Source of the DNA: an uncultured Candidatus Rokubacteria bacterium
GTDB taxonomy: Bacteria > Methylomirabilota > Methylomirabilia > Rokubacteriales > CSP1-6
NCBI GenBank assembly: GCA_963762145.1
Contig: CAVXJS010000021.1
Location: forward strand, 800,001-864,000
DNA length: 64,000 bases
Reading direction: 5' to 3'
Below the pieces are notes generated by a model that was given only the letters and a program-made list of their open reading frames with translations, had not been told where the DNA came from and ran no database searches. Numbering within the stretch: position 1 is the stretch's first letter; every line of letters starts with the position of its first letter. The translations under genes and the position numbers were made by a program. Shown here piece after piece: positions 1 through 9,819 of the stretch.

Positions 1-294
1 GTGCTCGCGCAGGAGTTCGGGCGCGACGGCATCCGCGTCAACGCCGTCTCGCCCGGCATGGTCCGCACCGGCATGACCGCGCAGGTGTACGAGAACGCGA
101 CGATCGCGGCCGAGCGCGACGCGCTGGTGCCGCTCGGGCGCGTGGCCACGCCGGAGGACATGGCGGACGTCATCGCGTTCCTGCTCGGCCCCGACGCGCG
201 CTACGTCAACGGCCACGACCTCGTCGTGGACGGCGGCGTCACCGGCAACTTCCTGGGCCGCCTGCCGGGGATCTCGAAGATCACGAAAAGTTAG
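1..294 (+). CDS. Short-chain dehydrogenase/reductase (SDR), C-terminal part (5'-truncated by the window)
   Basis: GIRVNAVSPG...T and PLGRVATPED...YVNGHDLVVDGG are typical SDR C-terminal motifs. Confidence 0.9.
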   Translation: MLAQEFGRDGIRVNAVSPGMVRTGMTAQVYENATIAAERDALVPLGRVATPEDMADVIAFLLGPDARYVNGHDLVVDGGVTGNFLGRLPGISKITKS

Positions 295-330
295 CACTGT
301 CAGCGGGGTGACTGGGGTCGCCTGACAGTG
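295..330. terminator. Hairpin directly after the SDR stop (terminator, or dyad protein-binding site)
   Basis: CACTGTCAG (295-303) and CTGACAGTG (322-330) form a perfect 9-bp inverted repeat, with further inner pairing; no U-tract. Confidence 0.4.
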
Positions 331-403
331 GCCCCGGAGCCGCCGTGACACCCCTGCCACGCTCGTCAAGTAGCCGGAAACAATCTTCTGGGCCCCTCCC
401 GCT

Positions 404-419
404 TGGCACCCCCCTCGCA
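404..419 (+). promoter_or_regulatory. Putative sigma-54 promoter
   Basis: TGGCAC-CCCCC-TCGCA, GG-N10-GC spacing exact, just upstream of the lytic transglycosylase. Confidence 0.6.
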
Positions 420-457
420 TACCTCCTGGCCATCCGGAGGTGTGCGAATGGGTCACC

Positions 458-1383
458 ATGCTGACTAAGACCTGGAGCCGATACTTCGACGCCGATCGCC
501 GCCAGCTTCCCCTCTTTCCGGAGTGGGAGCGCATGCGGTGGCTCGCGCCGCTGCCGTCATTGGGTGCCGCGCTCGCGCTCGCCGTGCTGGTCGCGGTGGG
601 AACACCGTGGACGTCGTCGGACGTATTCGAGCGCACCGTCTCGTTGACCGAGCCGGCCGTCGAGCGCCGACGAGCCGGCGACGCCCCAGTACGATCTCGC
701 GGCCATCCCCGACCACATCAAGGCGGCCGCGCAGCGTCACCGCCTGTCCGAAGCGCTCATCACCGCGGTGATCTCGGTGGAGTCCAACTTCGATCACGCC
801 GCGGTCTCCCAGAAGGGCGCCAAGGGCCTCATGCAGCTCATGCCCGCGCACCGCTTCCATCATGGGCGTCCGCGATCCCCACGATCCCGACGAGAACATC
901 GACGCGGGGGCCAGCCACCTGCGCGCCATGCTCGACACCTTCAAGGGGGACCTGCCGCTCGCGCTGGCCGCCTACAACGCGGGCGAGAAGCACGTGGTCC
1001 GCCATCGCGGCATCCCACCCTTCCCGGAGACGCGGCAGTTCGTGGCGCGCGTGCTGCGCCGGATGGGCGACAAGCAAGGCGCGGAGACGGTGCTGGCCAA
1101 GCCGGTCCCGGCCCCCGCAGTGGATCGCGCGCAGCCCGCGCTCGCAGTCGAAGGCTCACATGGTGAGCGCCCCGCCCAGGTACCCGACCCCCACGCGACC
1201 GACCATGCTCCAGGTCGCCAGCCCCCGGGCAGGGGAGCGGGCGGCCGCTCAGCTCGTGCTGCACGAGCTGGAGCAGCGGCCCAGCTCGCGCACCTGGTCG
1301 CCGATGCCGGCGACCACTGCGCGGTGGATGCCCGCCGCCGATGCCCGACCCCACCGTCCAGATCGGCGCCCGTGCCCCCGTAG
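458..1383 (+). CDS. Lytic transglycosylase (SLT domain) with N-terminal TM segment; several frameshifts, probably sequencing errors; ends uncertain
   Basis: Motifs split over frames: VISVESNFD...SQKGAKGLMQLMP, DPDENIDAG, LALAAYNAG, IPPFPETRQFV. Confidence 0.8.
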
Positions 1384-1469
1384 CCCTCCCCGCGTTCTTC
1401 CCACCTGCTCGCTTCCTGCGCTACGATGGCGGCGCCCGACGCCGCCACGTCGGCGCGAAAGGAGCGAGC

Positions 1470-2768
1470 ATGCGATTCGGCATCTTCTACGAGCACCAGC
1501 TCCCGCGCCCCTGGGACGGAGGGCAGCGAGCAGCAGCTGTTCCAGGACGCGCTCGCGCAGGTCGAGCTGGCCGACCGGCTCGGCATCGACTACGCCTGGG
1601 AGGTCGAGCACCACTTCCTCGAGGAGTACTCGCACTCCTCGGCGCCCGAGGTGTTCCTCGCCGCCGCGTCCCAGCGCACGAAGCGCATCCGCCTCGGCCA
1701 CGGCATCGTGCTGATGCCGCCGGGCTACAACCACCCCGCGCGCGTGGCCGAGCGCATCGCCACGCTCGACCTCGTCTCCAACGGCCGCGTGGAGTGGGGC
1801 ACGGGCGAGTCGGCCTCGCGCGCCGAGCTGGAGGGCTTCGGCATCGACCCCGCCGAGCGCCGCGCGATGTGGCGGGAGACCGTCGAGCAGGTCGCGAACA
1901 TGCTGGCGATGGACCCCTACCCGGGCTTCCAGGGCAAGTACTTCTCGATGCCGGTGCGCAACGTGGTCCCGAAGCCCGTGCAGAAGCCGCACCCGCCGCT
2001 CTGGGTGGCGTGCTCGAACCGCGAGACCATCCACCTCGCCGCCCAGCTCGGCATGGGCGCGCTCACCTTCGCCTTCATCGACCCGGCCGAGGCGAAGCAC
2101 TGGGTGGACGACTACTACGAGACCTTCAAGCGCGAGTGCGTGCCGATCGGCCACGCCGTGAACCCCAACATCGCCATGGTCACGGGCTTTTCGTGCCACG
2201 CCGGACGGCGAGGAGGCGCGCGCGGCGCGGCACCGACGGCTTCCGCTTCTTCCAGTTCGCGCTCGGCCACCACTACGTCTTCGGCACGCACACGCCGGGC
2301 CGCACCGACATCTGGAACAAGTACGTGGCGGTCGCGCGACGCAGCTCGGCCTGGAGATCCTCGGCGGCGGCACCGGCTGCATCGGCACGCCCGACGAGCT
2401 GCGCGCGACGCTCCGCGCGCTTCCAGGACTGCGGGCGTCGACCAGACGGTCTTCATCCAGCAGGGCGGCAAGAACCGGCACGAGCACATCTGCGAGTCGC
2501 TGGAGCTGTTCGCGGCCGCGGTGATGCCGGAGTTCAAGGAGCGCGAGGCCGAGCGCGGACGCGCGCAAGGCGGAGGAGCTGGCCCCGTACGTCGAGGCCG
2601 CCTTCGAGCGCAAGCGGGCGACTGCGGGCGCTGGCCGACGACGAGATCCCGACCTACCAGGCCTACGGCCTCACCGTGCGCCGAGGTGGATCTCGACGAA
2701 GATGCCGGAGGCGAACCGGCGGCGTCCTGACCTTCAGGCGGATGCGGGAGATCATGGAGGGCCGCTAG
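1470..2768 (+). CDS. Luciferase-like (LLM class) flavin-dependent oxidoreductase, frameshifted
   Basis: MRFGIFYEHQLPRPW, WEVEHHFLEEYSHSSAPEVFL, HPARVAERIATLDLVSNGRVEWGTG, PKPVQKPHPPLW; the frame switches several times. Confidence 0.9.
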   Translation: MRFGIFYEHQLPRPWDGGQRAAAVPGRARAGRAGRPARHRLRLGGRAPLPRGVLALLGARGVPRRRVPAHEAHPPRPRHRADAAGLQPPRARGRAHRHARPRLQRPRGVGHGRVGLARRAGGLRHRPRRAPRDVAGDRRAGREHAGDGPLPGLPGQVLLDAGAQRGPEARAEAAPAALGGVLEPRDHPPRRPARHGRAHLRLHRPGRGEALGGRLLRDLQARVRADRPRREPQHRHGHGLFVPRRTARRRARRGTDGFRFFQFALGHHYVFGTHTPGRTDIWNKYVAVARRSSAWRSSAAAPAASARPTSCARRSARFQDCGRRPDGLHPAGRQEPARAHLRVAGAVRGRGDAGVQGARGRARTRARRRSWPRTSRPPSSASGRLRALADDEIPTYQAYGLTVRRGGSRRRCRRRTGGVLTFRRMREIMEGR

Positions 2769-2775
2769 GGCCGGC

Positions 2776-4347
2776 ATGGCGCCGGAGCTCCCGGAGTCGC
2801 CCCCGAATCTCGCCGGTCGGCTTCGACGCGTCGGCGAGATGCTCATCGGACTCTCGGGCTCGCCCGTCCCCACCCACCTCTTCCAGACGCTCGCGGAGCA
2901 GGCGCAGGCCGTGGTCCCGCACGACTACCTCGCGGTCTGCCTGGAGGACGCCGAGCAGCAGGGCTACCTGGTGCACTCGCTCTCCGGCCTGCCGGGCGAG
3001 GCGGTGGCGGGCCGGCTCTTCGGCAAGGACGAGGGACTCCCGGGGCGCACCATCCGCACCGGCCGCGCCTACCTGGTGGCGGAGCTGGATACGATCCCGG
3101 ACGCCGCGCCCGATCTCGACGGCGGTGCTGGTCCGGGCGGGGCTCCGGGTCGCGCTCACCGTGCCGGTGCGCCGCGGCCCCGAGGTCCTGGGCGCGCTGC
3201 TCTTCGCCCGCCGCGCCGCGCCCTATACCTTCGACGACCTCGAGATCGGCACGCTCGTGGCGGCCGGCCTCTCGGGCGGGCTCGAGACCTGTCGCGCCTA
3301 CCAGGCCCTGGCCGACGAGCGGGGCACGCTGGCCGCGGTGCTGACCAGCACCGCCGATGCGGTGGTCATGGTCGGCCAGGACGGCCTCGTGCTCCTCGCC
3401 GAACCCGGCGGTGCGCGCGATGCTGGGCGTGGCGCCGGAGCGCCATGACCGGCCGCCCGTTCGTCGAGGCGATCGCCCACGAGCCGCTCCGCCGGCTGCT
3501 CGAGGCCGGACGGCCCGGTATCGCAGAGCTGCTCCTGCCCGATGGGCGCACCGCCCAGGCCAGCCTCGTCGTCGTGACCACCGAGTACGGCGAGCCGGTC
3601 GGCCTGGCCGCGATCCTCCGGGACATCAGCCTGCTGAAGGAGCTCGAGCAGATGAAGACCGATTTCGTCAGTACCGTGTCGCACGATCTGAAGAGCCCGA
3701 TCATGGCGATCGCCATGACCGCGGAGCTCCTCTTCAAGGCGCCGCCCGCGCCGGGCGGCGAGCAGGCCTACCGCGATCGGTGCGACCGCATCCTGCGCAG
3801 CGCGAAGAACATGACGGATCTCGTGACCGACCTCCTGGACCTCGGCAAGATCGAGGCCGGCCTCGAAGGGGCGGGCGAGCCGGTCGACCTGGTGCCCCTG
3901 ATCGCGGACGTGGTGAAGGCGCTCGCCGCACCGGCCGAGGACAAGCGGATCGCGGTCGCGGTCGAGACGCCGGCCGCGGCGGCGGTCCGCGGCGTCCGCC
4001 CCCGCCTGCAGCAGGTGCTGACGAACCTGATCGGCAACGCGATCAAGTACACGCGCGACGGGGGCCGCGTGCGGGTCACGGTGGAGGCGCCGGACGGCCG
4101 CGGGAGCCCGGTGCGCATCCGGGTCATCGACAACGGCATCGGCATCCCCGCCCGGGACCTGCCGCACGTCTTCGACAAGTTCTACCGCGTGGCGAACAAG
4201 GCCACCGCGGGCATCTCGGGCACCGGCCTCGGCCTGGCCATCACCCGGAGCATCGTGGAGGCCCACGCCGGCCGCATCGGCGTGGAGAGCACCGAAGGCG
4301 CGGGCAGCACGTTCTGGGTGGAGCTGCCGGGCGGCGTCCCCGGCTGA
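2776..4347 (+). CDS. GAF/PAS sensor histidine kinase (compensating frameshifts about 3120-3445)
   Basis: H-box FVSTVSHDLKSP, N-box NLIGNAIKY, G boxes DNGIGI and GTGLGL; GAF continues in another frame (LTVPVRRGPEVLGAL). Confidence 0.9.
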   Translation: MAPELPESPPNLAGRLRRVGEMLIGLSGSPVPTHLFQTLAEQAQAVVPHDYLAVCLEDAEQQGYLVHSLSGLPGEAVAGRLFGKDEGLPGRTIRTGRAYLVAELDTIPDAAPDLDGGAGPGGAPGRAHRAGAPRPRGPGRAALRPPRRALYLRRPRDRHARGGRPLGRARDLSRLPGPGRRAGHAGRGADQHRRCGGHGRPGRPRAPRRTRRCARCWAWRRSAMTGRPFVEAIAHEPLRRLLEAGRPGIAELLLPDGRTAQASLVVVTTEYGEPVGLAAILRDISLLKELEQMKTDFVSTVSHDLKSPIMAIAMTAELLFKAPPAPGGEQAYRDRCDRILRSAKNMTDLVTDLLDLGKIEAGLEGAGEPVDLVPLIADVVKALAAPAEDKRIAVAVETPAAAAVRGVRPRLQQVLTNLIGNAIKYTRDGGRVRVTVEAPDGRGSPVRIRVIDNGIGIPARDLPHVFDKFYRVANKATAGISGTGLGLAITRSIVEAHAGRIGVESTEGAGSTFWVELPGGVPG

Positions 4348-4350
4348 GGT

Positions 4351-4743
4351 TCAGCCCTCGGCCTTGACCTCCGCGAACACCTGGCCCGCCGCGATCATGG
4401 CTTCGCGGATGATGGGCACGCCCACGTAGCCCGACATGTGGATCAGGGTCTCGATCAGCTCGGTCTCGGTCCAGCCTTGCCGCAGCGCCATGCGCAGATG
4501 GATCTTGAGCTCGGGCTCGCGTCCGGTGGCCGCGTCGGAGACCACGCACACGAGCGTGCGCGTCTTGAGATCGAGGCCCGGGCGCGTCCAGAGCGCGCCG
4601 AAGACATTCTCGGTGGCCACGTCGATGAACGTCTTCATGACCGGGTCCTTGTAGGTGGTCGCGTTCACACGCTCCACGTACTTGTCGCCCAGGAGCTTGC
4701 GGCGGATCTCGCTGCCCTTCCGGTGGAGCTCACTCTCTGCCAT
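4351..4743 (-). CDS. Carboxymuconolactone decarboxylase (CMD/AhpD-like) family protein
   Basis: FGALWTRPGLDLKTR...ELKIHLRMALRQG...HMSGYVGVP; AGGAG upstream. Confidence 0.85.
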   Translation of the reverse strand: MAESELHRKGSEIRRKLLGDKYVERVNATTYKDPVMKTFIDVATENVFGALWTRPGLDLKTRTLVCVVSDAATGREPELKIHLRMALRQGWTETELIETLIHMSGYVGVPIIREAMIAAGQVFAEVKAEG

Positions 4744-4770
4744 GTTCATCTCCTGTCTGGATCGTGTGAG

Positions 4771-4806
4771 GTGGGGGGAGTTCGGAAGGGGGCGGAGCCC
4801 CTCCGA
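4771..4806 (-). repeat. Palindromic intergenic repeat, family A (TCGGAGGGG...CCCYTCCGAAC(C)TCCCCC)
   Basis: Matches the element at 27932-27970 and a partial copy near 26477. Confidence 0.65.
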
Positions 4807-4811
4807 GTCCT

Positions 4812-5126
4812 CTAGCGCCGGGCGCCGGGACCAAAGAACCCGCCCTTGGGTCGGCCGTGGGCGTGGTAGTGATCGGGGATGTTGCGCATGTGGTCGTCGA
4901 TGTAGCAGTCGCCGAGCTGCGCGGTCGCGATCTCGCGCAGGCGCGCGTGCATGTGGGTGAGATGCTCGGCGGGGGGCTCGGTGCCGTGGTAGCGCCAGAC
5001 CACCATGGGCACCGCGCAGATCTCGCACTCCGCGATCCAGCAGATGTCGTCTTCGTGGAACCACGGGGTGATGCGCGCGGCACGGCAGAGATCGCAGCCC
5101 GCGACGCGGGCGAAGGCGGGATCCAT
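4812..5126 (-). CDS. Small HIT-like protein with two CxxC motifs
   Basis: CDLC, CEIC and C-terminal HYHAH (HxHxH). Confidence 0.6.
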   Translation of the reverse strand: MDPAFARVAGCDLCRAARITPWFHEDDICWIAECEICAVPMVVWRYHGTEPPAEHLTHMHARLREIATAQLGDCYIDDHMRNIPDHYHAHGRPKGGFFGPGARR

Positions 5127-5149
5127 GGGAACGGAACGGACCGGCTACC

Positions 5150-5575
5150 CTACCCCCAGAGCGCCCGCATCACGTGCATCGCCACGCGCCGGTTGTAGTC
5201 GCGCACGAGCTTGTTGATGCGGAAGAAGTCCAGCACCCACCACGCCGCGAGCCCGCCCAGGGTGATCCAGAACAGGAGCTGGAGGCCGCGCTTGCGCAGG
5301 TAGAGGTAGTGCCAGCCGAGGGGCAGGAACGCGAGCGCGACGGCCGGCGATTTCGCCTGGGCCCGATAGCGCCACAGGAATGCGCGCTGCTGATCCGGGG
5401 TGAGATACGCGAGCTGCTCGCGCACCGTGCGCGACAGGGAGCGCGCGACGCGCGCGGGAATCACCACCGAGCGATCGCTGCGCGCCTCGGGGCCGCGCCG
5501 CTGGGCGGCGCGATCGGGTGGCGGCGCGGTCGGCTTGCGAAACACCGACGGTTCCTGTCCCGTTTGAGCCCTCAT
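5150..5575 (-). CDS. TM2-domain membrane protein (start uncertain)
   Basis: KSPAVALAFLPLGWHYLYL...LLFWITLGGLAAWWVLDFF matches the TM2 pattern. Confidence 0.7.
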   Translation of the reverse strand: MRAQTGQEPSVFRKPTAPPPDRAAQRRGPEARSDRSVVIPARVARSLSRTVREQLAYLTPDQQRAFLWRYRAQAKSPAVALAFLPLGWHYLYLRKRGLQLLFWITLGGLAAWWVLDFFRINKLVRDYNRRVAMHVMRALWG

Positions 5576-5717
5576 GACACTCGGTCCCCCGGGCCGGGAA
5601 GGAGCAAGAACGACGCCAGCCGGGCGGGTCAAGCGGGACTTGGACTTAGCCGAGGCGCGCGAATGAACGATTCTCACGTGTCACTCCGGTCGTCCATGGG
5701 AGGACGCTTGCTGGGTG

Positions 5718-6560
5718 TCAATTTTTGACCTCGGGCCAGACCACCATGCCGGTACCCGATCGCCAGGCGACCGCCGGCATGTAGGCGAGGACCTCGGCGG
5801 CACCGCTGGTGAACGCGAGCGCGAGAATCCAGGCGAGCAGCTCCGCGGTACCGCCCGAGCCGGCGGCCTCCATCCGCTCGAGCGTGCACTCGCGCAGGAG
5901 CGCGGCGTGATCGCCCTGCTTGAGCAGGCCGAGGAACCACCGGTCGAACTCCTCGTCCACCCAGAAATAGCGCGGGCCGCCCGGCTCGTGCGAGAGCCCG
6001 CCGGTGGCGACCACCGCGACCCGCTCGTCGCTCGGATAGGCCCGCACCATCTCCCGCATGACCGTCCCCACCTCGTAGGCGCGGGCCGGCGTCGGGATCG
6101 GCGGGACCGTGCAGTTCATCGTCACCGGGACCAGCGGGATATCGCCCGCGGGGTTCAGATAGTGCATCGGCACCGACACCCCGTCGTCGAACTGCATCTC
6201 GCGCAGATACGAGAAGGCGAGCCGCCGGCGCGCACCCTCGTTGACCAGGTGACGGGCGAGCGCGGGGTGTCCGGCGATGCGGTACTTGGCGAGCGCGAGC
6301 CACTCGTCGTACCAGTCGGCGGGGCCCACGTGCTCGGCCCCGATGCCCACCGTGTACTCCGGCGTGTTGTTGATCGGCCAGTTGAGCAGGTGGTCGTTGC
6401 TGAACAGCAGGATCACGTCGGGCCGGGCCGCCCGCAGGCGCTCCCGCATCTCGTCGAGCGCGCGCCGGGCGTCAAGCCGCTGGTCCTCCGGGGCCCGGTC
6501 GAACCAGCCGGTCAGGCCGGGCGAGTGCGTCATCGCCATCGCGGCCACGATGCGCGCCAC
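5718..6560 (-). CDS. Class III extradiol ring-cleavage dioxygenase, LigB-type catalytic subunit
   Basis: THSP, SNDH, ATGGLSH and GTAELLAW motifs. Confidence 0.85.
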   Translation of the reverse strand: MARIVAAMAMTHSPGLTGWFDRAPEDQRLDARRALDEMRERLRAARPDVILLFSNDHLLNWPINNTPEYTVGIGAEHVGPADWYDEWLALAKYRIAGHPALARHLVNEGARRRLAFSYLREMQFDDGVSVPMHYLNPAGDIPLVPVTMNCTVPPIPTPARAYEVGTVMREMVRAYPSDERVAVVATGGLSHEPGGPRYFWVDEEFDRWFLGLLKQGDHAALLRECTLERMEAAGSGGTAELLAWILALAFTSGAAEVLAYMPAVAWRSGTGMVVWPEVKN

Positions 6561-6562
6561 GC

Positions 6563-6907
6563 TCAGCCCTCCCGCCGGGCCGGCGCGGCGAGCCGCTCCG
6601 CGGCGGCGGTCTCGGCCGGGTACGCGCGCTTGTAGGCCTCGAGCGCGGGGTGGCTATTGCTGTTGGCGGAGGCGCCGTAGAAGAGCCGGAGGATCTGGGG
6701 GATGTAGTACTGGTGCACGCCCATCTCGTTGAGCCGCCGGACGTCCTTGTCCCGGACCGCCTCGTACTCCTCGCGGCTCAGGCCAAACTCGCGGGCGAGG
6801 CCTTCGAGATCGCTGAGCCACCGGGCTCGGAGCACGGCGTCCCGGCGCACATAGAAGATCATCTCGTTCACCGGCAGGGTCTTGTCGCAGCGCTCGACGT
6901 TACCCAT
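6563..6907 (-). CDS. LigA-like dioxygenase small subunit
   Basis: Small helical protein (REFGLSREEYEAV...LNEMGVHQY) directly upstream of the LigB-type gene. Confidence 0.7.
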   Translation of the reverse strand: MGNVERCDKTLPVNEMIFYVRRDAVLRARWLSDLEGLAREFGLSREEYEAVRDKDVRRLNEMGVHQYYIPQILRLFYGASANSNSHPALEAYKRAYPAETAAAERLAAPARREG

Positions 6908-7268
6908 CTGTCCTCGCGGACAGCACCTTGGGGTTGACCTTGAGGAACATGATGACGCAGCGCTCGGGGCCCAGGTTCCGGACGTCGTGCATGACGCTCT
7001 GCGGGAACTTCACGATCGAGCCCGCATTCACCACCACTTCCTCGCCGCCGATGCTCATGTGGGCGGTCCCCTCGAGCACGAAGATCGCCTCCTCCTCCTT
7101 CGGGTGCGTGTGCATCACGGTGGACTGGCCCGGCTCGTAACAGGCGATCTCCGACCAGAGCTGGTCGGTCTTGAAGAGCATCTTGCGGACGCGCTTGTCG
7201 GGAGCGAAAGCCTTCAGCGCGTGCAGATCGAAGATCTGCGCTACACCAGTCACACGCGTCTCTTCCAT
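6900..7268 (-). CDS. Cupin-domain protein
   Basis: PGQSTVMHTHPKEEEAIFVLEG...P...H cupin motifs. Confidence 0.85.
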   Translation of the reverse strand: MEETRVTGVAQIFDLHALKAFAPDKRVRKMLFKTDQLWSEIACYEPGQSTVMHTHPKEEEAIFVLEGTAHMSIGGEEVVVNAGSIVKFPQSVMHDVRNLGPERCVIMFLKVNPKVLSARTDG

Positions 7269-7377
7269 TGCGCCCGAATCATAGCGCGGTCGCGGAGCCT
7301 CCGCCACCGGCCCGCCGCGCGCTCGGAAGTTCGTCGTTGACATCCCCCGACCCGTTCAGTAGAACAGGCCGACGACC

Positions 7378-8775
7378 GTGCCACAACCTCCCGCCTCGTC
7401 CCTCTCGGTCGCTCGGCGCCTCGCGCGATTCGTGTCCGGCTTCTCGCTCGACACGGTGCCGCCCGCCGTCTCCGCGCAGGCGACGCGGCTGACGCTGGAC
7501 ACCCTTGGGAGCTGCCTGGCCTCGTCTCGGCAGGCGTTCGGACGGGCGGTCACCGACGCGGCGGGCCGACTCGGGGGCCCGCCGGAGAGCGTGGTGATCG
7601 GCAGCAAGGCGCGGGTCGGCGCGGCCGCCGCCGTGCTCGCCAACGGCACGCTGGCGCACGGGCTCGATTTCGACGACACGCGGGAGGACGCCATCGTCCA
7701 CACCGGCTGCGTCGCGGTCACGACCGCGCTGGCGGTCGGCGAGGCGGTCGAGGCCTCCGGGCGCGCCGCGCTCGAAGCCTTGATCTCCGGCGTGGAGGTG
7801 ATGTGCCGGATCGGCCTCGCGGTGCCGGGCCGCTTTCACGCGCGGCACTACCACCCCACCGCGCTCACCGGCAGCTTCGCGGCCGCCGCCGCGGCGGGTC
7901 GCCTCTACGGATTGACCGAGGACCAGCTCGTGCACGCCCTCGGCATCTGTGGCAGCCAGGCGTCCGGCATCATCGAGTACCTGACCGACGGGTCCTGGAC
8001 CAAGCGGCTGCATCCCGGCTGGGCCGCCCACGCGGGAGTGACCGCGGCCTTGCTCGCCCGCGCCGGGTTCACCGGTCCGGAGACGGTCCTCGAGGGGGAG
8101 CACGGCTTCTACGCGGCCTTCGCGGGCGGTCACGAGCCGGAGCGGCTCCAGGCGCTGCTCGCGAGCCTGGGGCAGACCTGGGAGATCTCGAACCTCACCT
8201 TCAAGCCCTACCCGTGCGGGTCCATCGCGCATCCCTACATGGACTGCGCGCTGCGCCTCCGCGAGCGCTACCGGCCGCGCCCCGAGGACATCGCGGAGAT
8301 CCGCTGCCGCACCGCGGCGGGCCCGATCCCGCGCCTCTGGGAGCCGCTCGCGGCCAAGCACCGGCCCCAGAACGGCTACGCGGCCAAGTTCAGCCTGCCC
8401 TACCTGCTCGCCTCGATCCTGGTCAACGGCCGGGCCACCCTCGCCGACTTCACCGACGAGGCGGTACGCGACGAGCGGCTGCGCGAGGTGGCCGGCAAGG
8501 TCTACTACGACATCGACCCGAGCATCGACTACCCGCGTCACTTCATCGGGCACGTGGCGGTGCGCCTGACCGACGGCCGCGTGCTGGAGGAGCGGCAGGA
8601 TCACCCGCGCGGCGGGCCCGATGCCCCGATGACGCGCGAGGAGCTCACCGCCAAGTTCCGCGGCAACGCGGCGGAGGCGGTGCCCGACGCGCAGGCCGCG
8701 CGCGTGGTCACGCTCGTGGACGCGCTGGCCGTGCAGCCCCGCCTCGCCCCCCTGATGGACGCCCTCACCGCCTAG
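7378..8775 (+). CDS. MmgE/PrpD family protein
   Basis: NGTLAHGLDFDD, KRLHPG, FKPYPCG, AKFSLPY. Confidence 0.9.
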   Translation: MPQPPASSLSVARRLARFVSGFSLDTVPPAVSAQATRLTLDTLGSCLASSRQAFGRAVTDAAGRLGGPPESVVIGSKARVGAAAAVLANGTLAHGLDFDDTREDAIVHTGCVAVTTALAVGEAVEASGRAALEALISGVEVMCRIGLAVPGRFHARHYHPTALTGSFAAAAAAGRLYGLTEDQLVHALGICGSQASGIIEYLTDGSWTKRLHPGWAAHAGVTAALLARAGFTGPETVLEGEHGFYAAFAGGHEPERLQALLASLGQTWEISNLTFKPYPCGSIAHPYMDCALRLRERYRPRPEDIAEIRCRTAAGPIPRLWEPLAAKHRPQNGYAAKFSLPYLLASILVNGRATLADFTDEAVRDERLREVAGKVYYDIDPSIDYPRHFIGHVAVRLTDGRVLEERQDHPRGGPDAPMTREELTAKFRGNAAEAVPDAQAARVVTLVDALAVQPRLAPLMDALTA

Positions 8776-8782
8776 AGGAGTC

Positions 8783-9808
8783 GTGATGAGATACCGCCGC
8801 CTCGCGCTCGTCCTGCTGGTCTCGGCCCTGATCGCCTCCGCCGCGCCCGCTTCCGCGCAGGACGCCCGGCTCGAGGCCGCCCGCAAGGAGGGCAAGGTCG
8901 TCTGGTACACCTCGCTCGCGCTGACCAGCTCGGAGAAGGTGGCCAAGCTCTTCGAGACCGCGTACCCGGGCGTGAAGGTCGAGGTGCACCGCACCGGCTC
9001 GCAGCGGATCCTGCAGCGGATGATGCAGGAGCTCCAGGCCAATATCAAGAACGTGGACGTCGTCCACACCTCGGACGCCGGCCACTACGTGCTGCTGAAG
9101 GACAAGCAGCTCCTGACGCGCTACACCCCGGCCGGGGTGGACCGCTTCGGGGCCGGCTTCAAGGACAAGGACGGCTTCCACTACGGGCTGCGCGCCACCG
9201 TGAACGTCATCGCCTACAACCCGCAGAAGATCAGCGCGGCGGACGCCCCGCGCACCTGGAAGGACCTGCTCGATCCGAAGTGGCGCGGCCGGCTCGTCAC
9301 CGCCCATCCCGGCTATAGCGGCGTGATCGCCACCCACGTCCTGGCCCTCGTGCACCTGCACGGCTGGGACTACTTCAAGGCGCTCGCCCAGAACAAGCCG
9401 ATGCTGGTGCAGTCGGCGGTGGATCCCGGCGGCATCGTGGCCTCCGGCGAGCGGCCGGTCGCGGTCAACGGCGGGGACTACAACTTCTACCAGCTCAAGA
9501 AGAAGGGCAATCCGGTCGAGATCGTCTTCCCCAAGGAAGGCGTGCCCCTGGTGGTCTCCCCGAGCGCGATCACGAGCTTCGCGCCCCACCCGAACGCGGC
9601 CCGCCTTTTCACCGACTTCATCTTCAGTCGAGAGATCCAGCAGGTCCTGGCCGACACCGAGGGCCTCTACACCGGGCACCCGGAGGTGAAGTATCCCGCC
9701 GACCGGCCGAAGCTCGGGGAGCTCAAGCTCCTGCAGGTGGATCCGGAAGAGCTCGAGAAGCGGAACGAGGAGATCAAGACGCGCTTCGTGGAGTTCTTCG
9801 GCGCCTAG
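8783..9808 (+). CDS. ABC transporter substrate-binding protein (Fe3+/thiamine/polyamine class)
   Basis: Signal peptide, AARKEGKVVWYTS, APRTWKDLLDPKW, APHPNAARLF. Confidence 0.9.
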   Translation: MMRYRRLALVLLVSALIASAAPASAQDARLEAARKEGKVVWYTSLALTSSEKVAKLFETAYPGVKVEVHRTGSQRILQRMMQELQANIKNVDVVHTSDAGHYVLLKDKQLLTRYTPAGVDRFGAGFKDKDGFHYGLRATVNVIAYNPQKISAADAPRTWKDLLDPKWRGRLVTAHPGYSGVIATHVLALVHLHGWDYFKALAQNKPMLVQSAVDPGGIVASGERPVAVNGGDYNFYQLKKKGNPVEIVFPKEGVPLVVSPSAITSFAPHPNAARLFTDFIFSREIQQVLADTEGLYTGHPEVKYPADRPKLGELKLLQVDPEELEKRNEEIKTRFVEFFGA

Positions 9809-9819
9809 CGCGCCCGCTC

